DNA from: Fusobacteriota bacterium
GTDB lineage: Bacteria; Fusobacteriota; Fusobacteriia; Fusobacteriales; JBNJFI01
Assembly: GCA_051746725.1 (NCBI GenBank)
Contig: JBNJFI010000003.1
Span: 1 to 64,000 of the forward strand
Direction: 5' to 3'
Length of the DNA stretch: 64,000 nt
Made by a program: the position numbers and the translations under genes. Shown here piece after piece: positions 42,176 to 52,593 of this stretch (its first letter is position 1; every line of letters starts with the position of its first letter). The notes below the pieces were generated by a model. It had not been told where the DNA came from, searched no databases, and saw only the letters and a program-made list of their open reading frames with translations.

Positions 42176-44179
42176 ATGTCTCGAGAATTGGTATTGGGGA
42201 ATAATAATTTCTTATTAACATATGACTTAAATTTAAATATTAGAGATATTTATTTTCCACATGTCGGAGATGAAAATCATTTAGAATCAGATAAAAACAG
42301 ATTGGGATTTTGGGTTGATAATAAGTTTTCGTGGGTGGACGAAGAATGGGAAAAAAAAATAAAATATAAAAAAAATTCATTAATCTCTGATGTTTATGCT
42401 AAATCTGAGTATCTAAAACTACAAATAAAAGAACAAGCAGCAATCGTTCATAATAAAGATATATATATAAGAAAAATAAAGGTCAAGAATTTAAATGAAG
42501 ACAAAAAAACAGTACGTTTGTTTTTTCATAATAATCTAAAATTATATGGCAAAAAAGTAAGAAATACAGCTTTATATGATCCAGAAAATGATGTGATAAT
42601 TCATTATAAAAAAAATCGATATTTTCTTTTCAATGGTTCCGTTGATCAGAAAGGGATTTACGAATATAATGTTGATAAAACTAGGGTTGGAAAAGAACCT
42701 AATTATAAAGATGCAGAAGATGGAAGGTTAGAAAAAAACACAATTGCTCAAGGACGAGTTAACAGCATGATTAGTTTAAATGCTGAAATAGATTCTCAAG
42801 AAGAAAAAACTTTTTATTATTGGATAGCTGCTGGGAAAAACTTTGATGATATAAAAAGATTAAATAATTATGTCAAAAAAATTGGGATAGACAATATATT
42901 AGAAACAACGGATATATTGTGGGATAGTTGGTTAAACAAAAGGAACCTCAATTTTGGAGATATAAAAGAAGATTTAAAAACCCAATATAAAAATAATTTA
43001 AAGGTAATAAAAAGTCATATAAATAATAATGGTTCAATAATAACTTCAGTTGATTCTGAGCATGTTCAGTTTAATAGAGATAATTATAATTATATTTGGC
43101 CTAGAGATGGAAGTATCACTGCAATGGCTCTAGATGAAGCTGGTTATACCGAGGTTTCCAGGAACTTTTTTAGATTTTTAAATGAAATTATTGAAAGAAG
43201 AGGATTTTTTTGGCCAAAATATTATCCCGATGGAGCTTTGGCTTCTACTTGGCATTCATGGCATAATAAAAACCACGAAGAACAATTGCCAATTCAGGAA
43301 GATCAAACAGCAATTGTCTTGATTGCTCTATATAATCACTATGATATTTCTAAAGATTTTCAATTTCTAGAAGAGATATATGAAAATTTAATTAAAAGAG
43401 CAGTGAGTTTTTTGCTGGGATATATGAATCCTAAAACAGAGTTACCATATAGTTCCTATGACATTTGGGAAGATAAAGAAGGAGTACATTTTTTTACTGT
43501 AGTCGCTGTATATGAATCATTATTTTTATCAAAAAAATTATTAGAATTATTTGGAAATGATTTTCTTTTAAAAAAAATAGATGAAAAATTAAATACTTTA
43601 GAAGAATCAATAGATAAATACTTTTGGAATGATAAACAAAAAAGATATATTCCAAGTATAATTATTGATAAAAATGGAGATCTCAAAAAAGATGATACAG
43701 AAGAAATCGACAAAGAGGAACATGAAAAATATGATAGCAGCATACTTTTATTGACCTTTTTTGATAATTTCTATCAAAAAAACAAAGAAAAAGTAGTAAC
43801 TACTATAGATAAAACGATATCAAATTTATGGATTGAAACTGACATAGGTGGATGTGCTAGATTTACAGATGATAGATACCATCAACTCACTAGAGATATA
43901 AAAAAAATCCCTGGTAATCCGTGGATATTTACAACTTTACTTGTGGGGAATTATTATATCAAAGAAGGAAATCTAGAAGGCGGAAAAAAGATATTAGAGT
44001 GGGCACAGGAAAAAAGTCTCGATTCTGGATTACTTCCAGAACAGATTCATCCATATGCAGGAAATCCCATATCTATATCCCCTCATATATTATCACATTC
44101 AATGTATAATTTGGTTTTGAATAGATTTTTAGATAAAAAAGATATAAAATTAATTAAGAATAAAGGTGGAAAAAAATGA
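42176..44179 (+). CDS. Glycoside hydrolase family 15 (glucoamylase/oligosaccharide amylase-like)
   Basis: DIYFPHVG..NH, YIWPRDG, QEDQTA, DIWE, GLLPEQ. Confidence 0.85.
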   Translation: MSRELVLGNNNFLLTYDLNLNIRDIYFPHVGDENHLESDKNRLGFWVDNKFSWVDEEWEKKIKYKKNSLISDVYAKSEYLKLQIKEQAAIVHNKDIYIRKIKVKNLNEDKKTVRLFFHNNLKLYGKKVRNTALYDPENDVIIHYKKNRYFLFNGSVDQKGIYEYNVDKTRVGKEPNYKDAEDGRLEKNTIAQGRVNSMISLNAEIDSQEEKTFYYWIAAGKNFDDIKRLNNYVKKIGIDNILETTDILWDSWLNKRNLNFGDIKEDLKTQYKNNLKVIKSHINNNGSIITSVDSEHVQFNRDNYNYIWPRDGSITAMALDEAGYTEVSRNFFRFLNEIIERRGFFWPKYYPDGALASTWHSWHNKNHEEQLPIQEDQTAIVLIALYNHYDISKDFQFLEEIYENLIKRAVSFLLGYMNPKTELPYSSYDIWEDKEGVHFFTVVAVYESLFLSKKLLELFGNDFLLKKIDEKLNTLEESIDKYFWNDKQKRYIPSIIIDKNGDLKKDDTEEIDKEEHEKYDSSILLLTFFDNFYQKNKEKVVTTIDKTISNLWIETDIGGCARFTDDRYHQLTRDIKKIPGNPWIFTTLLVGNYYIKEGNLEGGKKILEWAQEKSLDSGLLPEQIHPYAGNPISISPHILSHSMYNLVLNRFLDKKDIKLIKNKGGKK

Positions 44180-45981
44180 AACAAAATGAAATTTCATTAA
44201 AAGAATATATAAAAAAAAATGGGAAACTTATAACTGATGGAGCTATGGGAACTTATTATTCTATAAAAAGTAATAATAAAAGTACTATTTCAGAATTAGC
44301 AAATATTGAAGATCCCAGACTTATAAAAGAAATCCATAAAGAGTACATTGATGCAGGTGCAAAGTTAATTAGAACTAATACTTTTTTAGCAAATTGTATT
44401 GCACTTGACATTTCAGAAGAAAAACGTACAAAATTATTAAAAGAAGCATATAAAATAGCTAAAGATGCCACAGGAGATAAAGATATATTTATAGCTGCAA
44501 GTATTGGTCCAATAAATACAACAGCAGATTATACAAAAAAAGATATTGAAAAAGAATATAAAGCAATAATTAATACTTTTTTGGATTTAGGAGTTAATAT
44601 TTTTCTTTTCGAAACTTTTAGTAGTTTAGATGATATTAAAACAATTTTAAAATATCTGAAAACCAAAAAAGAAAATTCTCAAGTAATTGTTCAATTTGCC
44701 CTTATGACTACTGGTCAGACTAGAAGGGGAATATCTGGAGAAAAATTAGTCAAAAAAGCTAAAAAAATGAAGGAAATCGACATATATGGATTTAATTGTG
44801 GAACAGGACCAGTTCATATGTATAATAATATTAAAAATATTGATTTTGAAGATGATATAGTGTCAGCCTTACCCAATGCTGGATTTCCAGAAATAATAGA
44901 TAGAAAAACAGTATATAGTGAAAATGCAGATTATTTTGGAGATCGGATGGAGATTTTATTTAGAAATGGAGTTAAAATTCTAGGAGGTTGTTGTGGAACA
45001 ACGCCTGAACACATAAGAGTTTTAAATACAAAACTAAAGGATTTGTCTATATCAAAAGATAAAAAAAATAAACCATTTAAAGTTAAAACCTCTGGAATTG
45101 AAATTATGTCAAAAAAGGGAGAATTTAGAAAAAAATTAGATGATGATAAATTTATTATTGCTGCAGAACTTGATCCTCCTTTTAGCACAGATATTAATAA
45201 GCTTATGAAGGCTGCAAAGATATTAAAAAGAAGCAATGTCGATTTAATTACAGTTGCTGATTCTCCAATAGGAAAACCAAGAGTTAATTCAGTTACAATT
45301 TCTGCAAAGATAAAAAGAGAGATAGGGATTGATGTTGTTCCACATATTTGTTGCAGAGATCGAAACATAATAGCTTTAAAATCAGATTTATTAGGGGGAC
45401 ATGTTGAAAATATTAGAAATTTACTTTTAGTAACTGGAGACCCCATATCTAGTTCTGATCGAAGTGAAATAAAAAGTGTTTTTAATTTTAATTCTGTGGG
45501 ATTGATGAAATTGGTATCATCTATGAATAAAGAAACTTTCAAAGATAATCCATATAATTTCGGAGGAGCTTTAGATTTAAATGCTAGAAATATAAAACAC
45601 GAATTAGAAAAAATGTATAAAAAAATTGAAGCTGGAGCAGAATTTTTTCTGACTCAGCCAATTTATGAGGAAAAACCGATAAAGCAACTAAAAAAACTAA
45701 AAAAGAAAAAGGGTTTTAAAATTTTTGCAGGTGTCATGCCACTGGTAAGTTACAGAAATGTTCAATTTTTGAATAACGAGTTACCTGGTATAAATATTCC
45801 TTCTAAGTATTCTGAAAGATTCAAAAAAGATATGTCTAGAGAAGCAGCAGAAAGAGTGGGAATAGATATTGCAGTAGATTTGGCAAATCAAATAAAACCT
45901 TATGCAGATGGTTTTTATTTTATAACCCCTTTTAATAGAGCAACGATGATAGAAAAAATTTTATTAAAATTAAATTTATAA
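44176..45981 (+). CDS. yitJ: Bifunctional homocysteine S-methyltransferase / methylenetetrahydrofolate reductase
   Basis: DGAMGT, NCGTGP, GGCCGTTPEH, AELDPP, CRDRN, TQP. Confidence 0.9.
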   Translation: MKQNEISLKEYIKKNGKLITDGAMGTYYSIKSNNKSTISELANIEDPRLIKEIHKEYIDAGAKLIRTNTFLANCIALDISEEKRTKLLKEAYKIAKDATGDKDIFIAASIGPINTTADYTKKDIEKEYKAIINTFLDLGVNIFLFETFSSLDDIKTILKYLKTKKENSQVIVQFALMTTGQTRRGISGEKLVKKAKKMKEIDIYGFNCGTGPVHMYNNIKNIDFEDDIVSALPNAGFPEIIDRKTVYSENADYFGDRMEILFRNGVKILGGCCGTTPEHIRVLNTKLKDLSISKDKKNKPFKVKTSGIEIMSKKGEFRKKLDDDKFIIAAELDPPFSTDINKLMKAAKILKRSNVDLITVADSPIGKPRVNSVTISAKIKREIGIDVVPHICCRDRNIIALKSDLLGGHVENIRNLLLVTGDPISSSDRSEIKSVFNFNSVGLMKLVSSMNKETFKDNPYNFGGALDLNARNIKHELEKMYKKIEAGAEFFLTQPIYEEKPIKQLKKLKKKKGFKIFAGVMPLVSYRNVQFLNNELPGINIPSKYSERFKKDMSREAAERVGIDIAVDLANQIKPYADGFYFITPFNRATMIEKILLKLNL

Positions 45982-46000
45982 GGAATAAAGAGGAGAATTT

Positions 46001-47230
46001 ATGAAAAAAACAGAGCTTTTGTCGCCAGCTGGAAATATGGAAAAATTAAAAATGGTCTTGCATTACGGAGCTGATGGTGTTTATTTAGGTGGAGAACAAT
46101 TTAATTTAAGATCATTAGCAGATAATTTTAATAAAAAGAAATTAAAAGAGGCAGTTGACTATGTTCATAATCTAAATAAAAAAATATATATAACTCTTAA
46201 TATTATCCCACACAACCGAGAATTAAAGGGTATGGTAAAATATGTAAAGTATCTAGAAGAAATCGAAGTTGATGGAGTTATTGTAGCAGATTTAGGAGTA
46301 TTTGAAATAGTATCTTCAAATACTAATTTAAATATAAACATAAGTACTCAGGCTAATAATACTAATTGGCAAAGTGTAAAAATGTGGAAAAAATTAGGAG
46401 CTAAAAGAGTTATTTTAGCAAGAGAGCTTTCGCTAGAAGAAATTAAAGAGATAAGAGAAAAAGTTCCAGATATAGAACTTGAGGTATTTATTCATGGTGC
46501 TATGTGTATGGCAATATCTGGAAGATGTCTATTAAGTAATTATATGACAAACAGAGATGCCAATAGAGGAACTTGTGCCCAATCCTGTAGATGGAAGTAT
46601 CATTTAATGGAAGAAAAAAGGCCAGGAGAATATTTTCCAGTTTTTGAAGATGAAAGAGGAACTCACATATTTAATTCAAAAGATTTATGTTCTATAAAAT
46701 TTATAGATGAAATATTAGATATTGGATTAGATAGTTTAAAAATTGAAGGAAGAATGAAGGGGATCTATTATGCTGCCATAGTTACAAAAATTTATAGAAA
46801 TGCCATAGATAAATATTATTCAAAAGAAGGATATAGATATAATGAGGACTGGTTAACAGAATTAGAAACTACTAGTCATCGAAAATTTACTTCGGGATTT
46901 TACTATGGTCGTGGTTCAGAAAATATGCAAAATTATGATAGGCGGAATTCATATAGTAGAACTCATAAACTAATTGCAAAAGTTTTGAAAAAAACTGATG
47001 ATAATACTTATGAATTTGGTATTAGAAATAGAATTAGAAAAGGGACTCCAATTGAAATTGTAAGTACCGATAATAAAATAATAAAAATTGTTATGCCCAC
47101 AATGATTGATATTTCTACTGATGAAGAGATATTAACTGCTCATCCAAATACAACTATTAGAGTTAAGATAAAAAAAGAAAATTTACAGGAAATGGATATA
47201 ATCCGAGTTAGACTGGACGACGAAAAATAA
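46001..47230 (+). CDS. U32 family peptidase-like tRNA hydroxylase (TrhP/YegQ-like)
   Basis: ELLSPAG, HGAMCMAISGRCLLS, RGTCAQSCR, LKIEGR. Confidence 0.88.
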   Translation: MKKTELLSPAGNMEKLKMVLHYGADGVYLGGEQFNLRSLADNFNKKKLKEAVDYVHNLNKKIYITLNIIPHNRELKGMVKYVKYLEEIEVDGVIVADLGVFEIVSSNTNLNINISTQANNTNWQSVKMWKKLGAKRVILARELSLEEIKEIREKVPDIELEVFIHGAMCMAISGRCLLSNYMTNRDANRGTCAQSCRWKYHLMEEKRPGEYFPVFEDERGTHIFNSKDLCSIKFIDEILDIGLDSLKIEGRMKGIYYAAIVTKIYRNAIDKYYSKEGYRYNEDWLTELETTSHRKFTSGFYYGRGSENMQNYDRRNSYSRTHKLIAKVLKKTDDNTYEFGIRNRIRKGTPIEIVSTDNKIIKIVMPTMIDISTDEEILTAHPNTTIRVKIKKENLQEMDIIRVRLDDEK

Positions 47231-47254
47231 GAAACTAAAGTGAAGGAGGAAGAA

Positions 47255-48370
47255 ATGATTAATCAAAAAAGAATAATAAAAAATTTCATTGAAATGGCTG
47301 AGATATCTTCTCCCTCTTTAAATGAAAAAGAGATGGCCGAATATTTATTACAAAAATTGAAGAGTTTAGACTTAGAAATATTAGAAGATGGATCTAATAA
47401 AATACCAAATGGAAACTGCGGAAATATAATCGCCAGGTTACCAGGATCTGGAGATTCCATAATGTTTAGTGCTCATCTGGATACAGTAACTCCCTGTGAA
47501 AACATTAAAGCAATAGAAAATAAAAATATAATCCAATCTAAAGGAGATACAATATTAGGGGGAGATGATAAAGCAGGAATTGCTGCTATTATCGAAATGA
47601 TAGAAGTAATAAGGGAAAACGATATACCTCACCCCGATATATTTTTAGTATTTAGTGTTGCAGAAGAAATTGGATTAAAAGGTGCTAGGGAAATAGAACT
47701 AGAAAAATATAGTGATATTAAATATGGCTTTGTGCTAGATGCATCAGGTTCTCCTGGAACAGTCGCAATTCAAGCTCCTTACCAAGATGAAATAAAATTA
47801 AGATTTATAGGGAAAGCAGCTCATGCAGGAATAGAACCTGAAAAAGGTATAAATGCTTTATATATGGCTTCTAAAGCGATATCAAAATTAGAAATGGGAC
47901 AAATAGATGAATTATCTACTCTGAATCTCGGAATAGTAAAAGGTGGTTCAGCCACAAATATCGTAATGGAAGAACTTTTTATAAAAGGTGAAAGTCGTAG
48001 TTTTTCTGAAAAAAGGTTAGGTGAAAATGTTGAAAAAGTTATTGAAATTTCTAGAAATACTGCTGAAAAATTTGGCGGGAATTTAGATTATGAGATAACC
48101 AGGCAATATAATGGGTTCAAATTAAAAGAAGATAGCAAAATATTAAAGTTAATAAAAAAATCATCTCAAAATATAAATTTAGATTTTATAACTGAAAAGT
48201 CTGGTGGTGGAAGCGATACTAATATATATAATGAGTTAGGGATTCCAACGGCAAATCTAGGAATTGGAATGAAAAAGGTTCATTCAACTGAAGAGAATAT
48301 ATTAAAAAAAGATTTAATTGATTCATCAAGATTAATATTAGAAATAACAAAAGAGTATTATAAGCAATGA
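47255..48370 (+). CDS. M20 family metallopeptidase (peptidase T-like, YqjE type)
   Basis: AHLDTV, GGDDKAG, AEEIG, GGGSD, VHS: all metal ligands present. Confidence 0.88.
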   Translation: MINQKRIIKNFIEMAEISSPSLNEKEMAEYLLQKLKSLDLEILEDGSNKIPNGNCGNIIARLPGSGDSIMFSAHLDTVTPCENIKAIENKNIIQSKGDTILGGDDKAGIAAIIEMIEVIRENDIPHPDIFLVFSVAEEIGLKGAREIELEKYSDIKYGFVLDASGSPGTVAIQAPYQDEIKLRFIGKAAHAGIEPEKGINALYMASKAISKLEMGQIDELSTLNLGIVKGGSATNIVMEELFIKGESRSFSEKRLGENVEKVIEISRNTAEKFGGNLDYEITRQYNGFKLKEDSKILKLIKKSSQNINLDFITEKSGGGSDTNIYNELGIPTANLGIGMKKVHSTEENILKKDLIDSSRLILEITKEYYKQ

Positions 48371-49182
48371 AGTTAAATAAAAAAAAATCAGAGAGAAGAA
48401 TTTATTATATAATATTTGTTGTAATAATCATTTTATTTTTTGCAAAAAATAATTTAGATAATATTGAAAATTTTATAAATAAATTATTCTATCCGATTAA
48501 AACTAAAATATATAAATTAAATAAAGAAACGCGAAATGAATTAAATGATCTCATATACATAAAAAAAGTTATACTTGAAAATAAAAAACTGAGATATGAA
48601 AATTATATTTTGAAACTTGAAAAACTAAAATTAGAAAAGTTAAAAGAAGAAAATGAAAGATTAAAAGAGATATTAAATTTGAAAAAAGAAAGTGATATGA
48701 ATTTTATTGTAGCAAATGTTGTATATAGAGAATCTATGGATATATACAGGGAATTAATCATTGATAAAGGTAAAAAAGATTCTATTAAAATTAATATGCC
48801 GGTATTACATAAGGATGCAATCATTGGAAGAGTAACAGATGTATATGAAGAGTCCTCAAAAGTATCTTTAATTACAAAACATAATTTTAAAATAAGTGTT
48901 TTAACTGAAAATGAAAAAAATCTAGGTATATTAAAAGGAAACAATGGAAAAAAGTTGAGTTTACAAAATATTATCATAGATTCTAAAATCAAAAAAGGTG
49001 ATAAATTAATATCTTCTGGAATGAGTAATATATATCCTAAAGGCATTTCAGTTGGGATAGTTGATAATGTGGAAGATGATGAAAACAATATTTTCAAAGA
49101 GATAGAAGTTAGATTACCTTATAATATATTAGATCTAAATGAAGTAATGATACTTACGAAGGGAGAAAATGAGAATGATTAA
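48367..49182 (+). CDS. mreC: Rod shape-determining protein MreC
   Basis: N-terminal TM, coiled coil EENERLKEIL, IDKG, SSG...YPKGI.VG. Confidence 0.88.
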   Translation: MKLNKKKSERRIYYIIFVVIIILFFAKNNLDNIENFINKLFYPIKTKIYKLNKETRNELNDLIYIKKVILENKKLRYENYILKLEKLKLEKLKEENERLKEILNLKKESDMNFIVANVVYRESMDIYRELIIDKGKKDSIKINMPVLHKDAIIGRVTDVYEESSKVSLITKHNFKISVLTENEKNLGILKGNNGKKLSLQNIIIDSKIKKGDKLISSGMSNIYPKGISVGIVDNVEDDENNIFKEIEVRLPYNILDLNEVMILTKGENEND

Positions 49183-49714
49183 AAAACATATAATAATATT
49201 TTTTCTAGTCATAAGTTCTTTTTTACTAGGGAATCAGTTTAAAGAAGTAGAATCATTTAATGCAAAAACAACTGAAACTACTTTAAAAAACAATAAAACC
49301 ACAGTTACTAAATATAAATTAAAACTAAAATTCCCTGATATGGTTTATAAGGAAATAACTTATCCAGAAATGAACAGGGGAGAAGTGTACCTGTATGTAG
49401 AAAATGAGAAAAAAATTTATTATCCACTTTTAGAACAAATAATTACTCAGGAAATAGATGAAAATGAAAATCAAATTCTCGGAGTTTTAAGAGATCTCAA
49501 GGAATCTGAAAAAACAGAAGAGATTAAATTTTTAGAATATGAAAACGGAACTAAAATTTTATTTAATAATTATAAAAAAATAAATGGAATTAATTTTCCT
49601 ACTACAGTAAAGATATATGAAGAGAATAATTTGATTTCAAAACTAGAGTTTTCTGATATCAAAATCAATAGTAAATTAAATAAAAAAGATTTCCAAATTG
49701 ATATAAAGGAATAA
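49169..49714 (+). CDS. LolA-like / lipoprotein-sorting-fold exported protein
   Basis: Signal peptide, P.MVYKE..YP..N.G..Y, C-terminal F.DIKIN..L....F. Confidence 0.5.
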   Translation: MRMIKKHIIIFFLVISSFLLGNQFKEVESFNAKTTETTLKNNKTTVTKYKLKLKFPDMVYKEITYPEMNRGEVYLYVENEKKIYYPLLEQIITQEIDENENQILGVLRDLKESEKTEEIKFLEYENGTKILFNNYKKINGINFPTTVKIYEENNLISKLEFSDIKINSKLNKKDFQIDIKE

Positions 49715-49715
49715 T

Positions 49716-50432
49716 ATGAAAATAAGTAAAATTAAAGGATTGGTTATCAAAAAAGTTGATTATAAAGATGCAGATAGATTATTAATTGTATTTTCACCAA
49801 CTTTTGGAAAACAAACTTTGTCGATAAAAGGAATTCGTAAATCTAAGAAAAGAGAAAAAATAGCAGCAGATATATTGACTATATCAGAATTTGTTATTTA
49901 TGAAAATAAATGGAAAACAATTTCAGATATACAGTTGATAAATTCATTTGATAATATTAGAGGTTCTTTAAATAAAATATTATATGGGTCATATATCTTG
50001 AAGTTAATTGATTTAGTTTTGATGGAAGAAGAAGAAAGAGAAGATTTATATAAATTAACAATCAGAGTTTTAAAATATATAAATAAAATCGATACCGAAG
50101 TTAAAATATTATATACGATTTTTAATTTTTTATTAGAAATAATTAAACAAGAAGGATTGGAAATAAAAAAAACTACGAAAACATCTGAAAAAAACTTTTA
50201 TTTTGGCTTAGAGTATGGTAAAATAGAGTATAGGGAAATAAAAAAAGCAATAAAAATGAATAAAGGAGTTTTTAATATTTTTGACACTGTTTTAAGAAAA
50301 AAAACTCAAAAATTATTTAAAGAAAAAATAGACAAACAAGACATTTTTAGATCAATAGAAATTTTAGAAAATTATTTGCAATATCAATTAGATATTAAAA
50401 TAAAATTAAAAGACTTATTAGGGAGGATTTAG
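49716..50432 (+). CDS. recO: DNA repair protein RecO
   Basis: GLVIK..DY.DAD.L...FS..FGK...KG.RK.K. Confidence 0.8.
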   Translation: MKISKIKGLVIKKVDYKDADRLLIVFSPTFGKQTLSIKGIRKSKKREKIAADILTISEFVIYENKWKTISDIQLINSFDNIRGSLNKILYGSYILKLIDLVLMEEEEREDLYKLTIRVLKYINKIDTEVKILYTIFNFLLEIIKQEGLEIKKTTKTSEKNFYFGLEYGKIEYREIKKAIKMNKGVFNIFDTVLRKKTQKLFKEKIDKQDIFRSIEILENYLQYQLDIKIKLKDLLGRI

Positions 50433-50435
50433 GAA

Positions 50436-50900
50436 ATGGACGTTCTTAAAATTACAGACTTTATATCAGAAGAATTAATATCATTAGATTTAAAAGCTAA
50501 AAACAAAGAAGAGGTATTAAGTGAATTAGTCGACTTAATGGATAAGTCAGAAAACATAACAGATAAAAAAGAGTGTTATAATGCCTTAGTTGAAAGAGAA
50601 AAATTAGGTAGTACAGGAATTGGAAAACAAGTTGCAATTCCACATGCTAAAACAACTCACGCCAAAAAGTTAACAATTGGCTTTGGGATATCAAAAAAGG
50701 GAATTGAATTTGATTCTTTAGATGAATTAGATACGAAAATATTTTTTGTTTTTGCATCTCCAGAAAAAGATAGTCATAAATACTTAAAAATATTAGCAAG
50801 AATTTCTAGATTAATAAGAAATAAATCTTTTAGAAAAAATTTATTAGAGGCAGAAACTGAAAAAGAAATTTTAGATTTGATAAGTGAAAAAGAAATATAA
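50436..50900 (+). CDS. Stand-alone PTS EIIA (fructose/mannitol/Ntr type)
   Basis: REKLGSTGIG..VAIPHA (phospho-His), YLKILARISR. Confidence 0.9.
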   Translation: MDVLKITDFISEELISLDLKAKNKEEVLSELVDLMDKSENITDKKECYNALVEREKLGSTGIGKQVAIPHAKTTHAKKLTIGFGISKKGIEFDSLDELDTKIFFVFASPEKDSHKYLKILARISRLIRNKSFRKNLLEAETEKEILDLISEKEI

Positions 50901-50942
50901 TTAATTATAAAATATATATTGTATTGGTAGGTAGGTGATATA

Positions 50943-51410
50943 ATGAGATGCCCATTTTGTGACGGAGATAATATAAAAGTAATTGACAGCAGAAATTTGT
51001 CAAATGGACGTGCAATTCGCCGAAGACGAGAATGTAGTGATTGCCAAAAAAGATTTACTACATATGAAAGAATGGAAAAAACTCCTATAATGGTTATCAA
51101 AAAAGATAATAGACGAGAAAGATTAGATTCTGAAAAGATTTTAAATGGATTATTAAGAGCAACAGAGAAAAGAAATTTTAGTAGAGAAGAACTAGAAAGT
51201 ATTGTATTAGATATCGAAAAAGATATTTCCGATAGAAGTCTAAAAGGAGAAATAAAAACAGATGAAGTTGGAAATATAATTTTGGAAAGATTAAAGGAGT
51301 TAGATGAAGTAGCCTATATCAGGTTTGCTTCTGTTTATAAAGACTTTCAAGATGTAGAAGGATTCTTGAAAGAGATTGAAGATATCAGAGAAAAAATAAG
51401 TTCAAACTGA
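50943..51410 (+). CDS. nrdR: Transcriptional repressor NrdR
   Basis: MRCPFC, RRRREC..C..RFTTYE, ATP cone, VAYIRFASVY. Confidence 0.96.
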   Translation: MRCPFCDGDNIKVIDSRNLSNGRAIRRRRECSDCQKRFTTYERMEKTPIMVIKKDNRRERLDSEKILNGLLRATEKRNFSREELESIVLDIEKDISDRSLKGEIKTDEVGNIILERLKELDEVAYIRFASVYKDFQDVEGFLKEIEDIREKISSN

Positions 51411-51424
51411 TATTTGTGTAGGGG

Positions 51425-52096
51425 ATGATAATTATGATTTCAGTCGAGGAAGTACAAAAAAATGAAGATGTAAAAACTTTAATTAAAAGAGCGGATTTAT
51501 GTATGGAGGCAATTGGATATACAGAGCATGGATTCCGGCATACCAAAATTGTTTCTAAAGTTTCAAAGAGAATTTTAGAAGAATTAGGTTATGATGAACG
51601 AAGTTGTGAATTAGCTGCTATAGCAGGTTATTTACACGATATAGGAAATGGAATTAATAGAGTGAATCATCCACATTATGGAGCTCTATTGAGTAAGGAT
51701 ATATTATCTGACATTGGAATGGGAATGGAAGAAATTTCATTAGTAATGTCAAGTATAGGAAGTCATGATGAAAGTTTTGGTGGGGAACCAGTAAGTCCGA
51801 TTTCAGCGGCTTTAATATTAGCAGATAAAAGTGATGTGCATAGATCTAGAGTTAGGAGCACTGATCAATTATCTTTCGATATTCATGATAGAGTAAATTA
51901 CGCAGTTATACATTCTAGGTTGAAAATAAATAAAGAATCAAAAATAATAACACTAAAGTTATCTATAGATACTCAAATATCTCAAGTTATGGAGTATTTT
52001 GAAATATTTTTGTCTAGAATGGTTATTTCCAAAAAAGCAGCAGATTATCTAGGATGTAAGTTTAAATTAGAAATAAATGAGTCTAGTTTATTATAA
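51425..52096 (+). CDS. HD domain phosphohydrolase
   Basis: TEHG.RH, LHDIGN, HDE, ADKSD; true start may be ATG 51434. Confidence 0.85.
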   Translation: MIIMISVEEVQKNEDVKTLIKRADLCMEAIGYTEHGFRHTKIVSKVSKRILEELGYDERSCELAAIAGYLHDIGNGINRVNHPHYGALLSKDILSDIGMGMEEISLVMSSIGSHDESFGGEPVSPISAALILADKSDVHRSRVRSTDQLSFDIHDRVNYAVIHSRLKINKESKIITLKLSIDTQISQVMEYFEIFLSRMVISKKAADYLGCKFKLEINESSLL

Positions 52097-52125
52097 TTTT
52101 AATTAATTAAAATTTAGGAGGAACG

Positions 52126-52566
52126 ATGGAAGTACTTATTATAAATGGTGTTAACCTGAACCTTTTAGGAATTAGAGAACCTGATGTATATGGAACATTA
52201 AATCTAAAACAAATGGAATCAAAGATTAATGATCATGCTGAAAAATTAGGAATCGATTTAAAAACTTATCAAGGAAATACCGAAGGTGAAATAATAAAAA
52301 AAATTCATAAAGCTTATGAGGAAAAAATCGATTATATAATAATAAACCCAGCAGCACATACTCATTATAGCATTGCAATTAGAGATGCATTATCTGGAGT
52401 TGATATTCCAACAATTGAAGTACATATATCAAATGTTTATAATAGAGAAGAGTTTAGAAAAAAATCGGTAATTGCTCCAGTATGCATAGGACAAATAACA
52501 GGCTTTTCTTATTATGGGTATTTAATGGCTCTTGATTATATAAATATGATTAACAAAACTAAATAA
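52126..52566 (+). CDS. aroQ: Type II 3-dehydroquinate dehydratase
   Basis: NG.NLNLLG.REP..YG, NPAAHTHYS, EVHISN..RE.FR. Confidence 0.95.
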   Translation: MEVLIINGVNLNLLGIREPDVYGTLNLKQMESKINDHAEKLGIDLKTYQGNTEGEIIKKIHKAYEEKIDYIIINPAAHTHYSIAIRDALSGVDIPTIEVHISNVYNREEFRKKSVIAPVCIGQITGFSYYGYLMALDYINMINKTK

Positions 52567-52593
52567 ATACGATTAATAAAAAAAGAAAGAGGA

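Noticed and set aside
43921..44109. 62-aa plus-strand ORF within GH15
   Set aside because: Alternative frame inside an intact gene; no SD or motif
44931..45542. 203-aa minus-strand ORF, and the many shorter minus-strand ORFs inside genes
   Set aside because: Fully antisense to well-supported genes, with the F/S/I/L-rich composition expected from reverse-complemented AT-rich codons and no family motifs
50909..50924. NrdR-box-like AAAATATATATTGTAT upstream of nrdR
   Set aside because: Single copy, lacks the conserved C of the left half, and such AT-rich matches are expected by chance here
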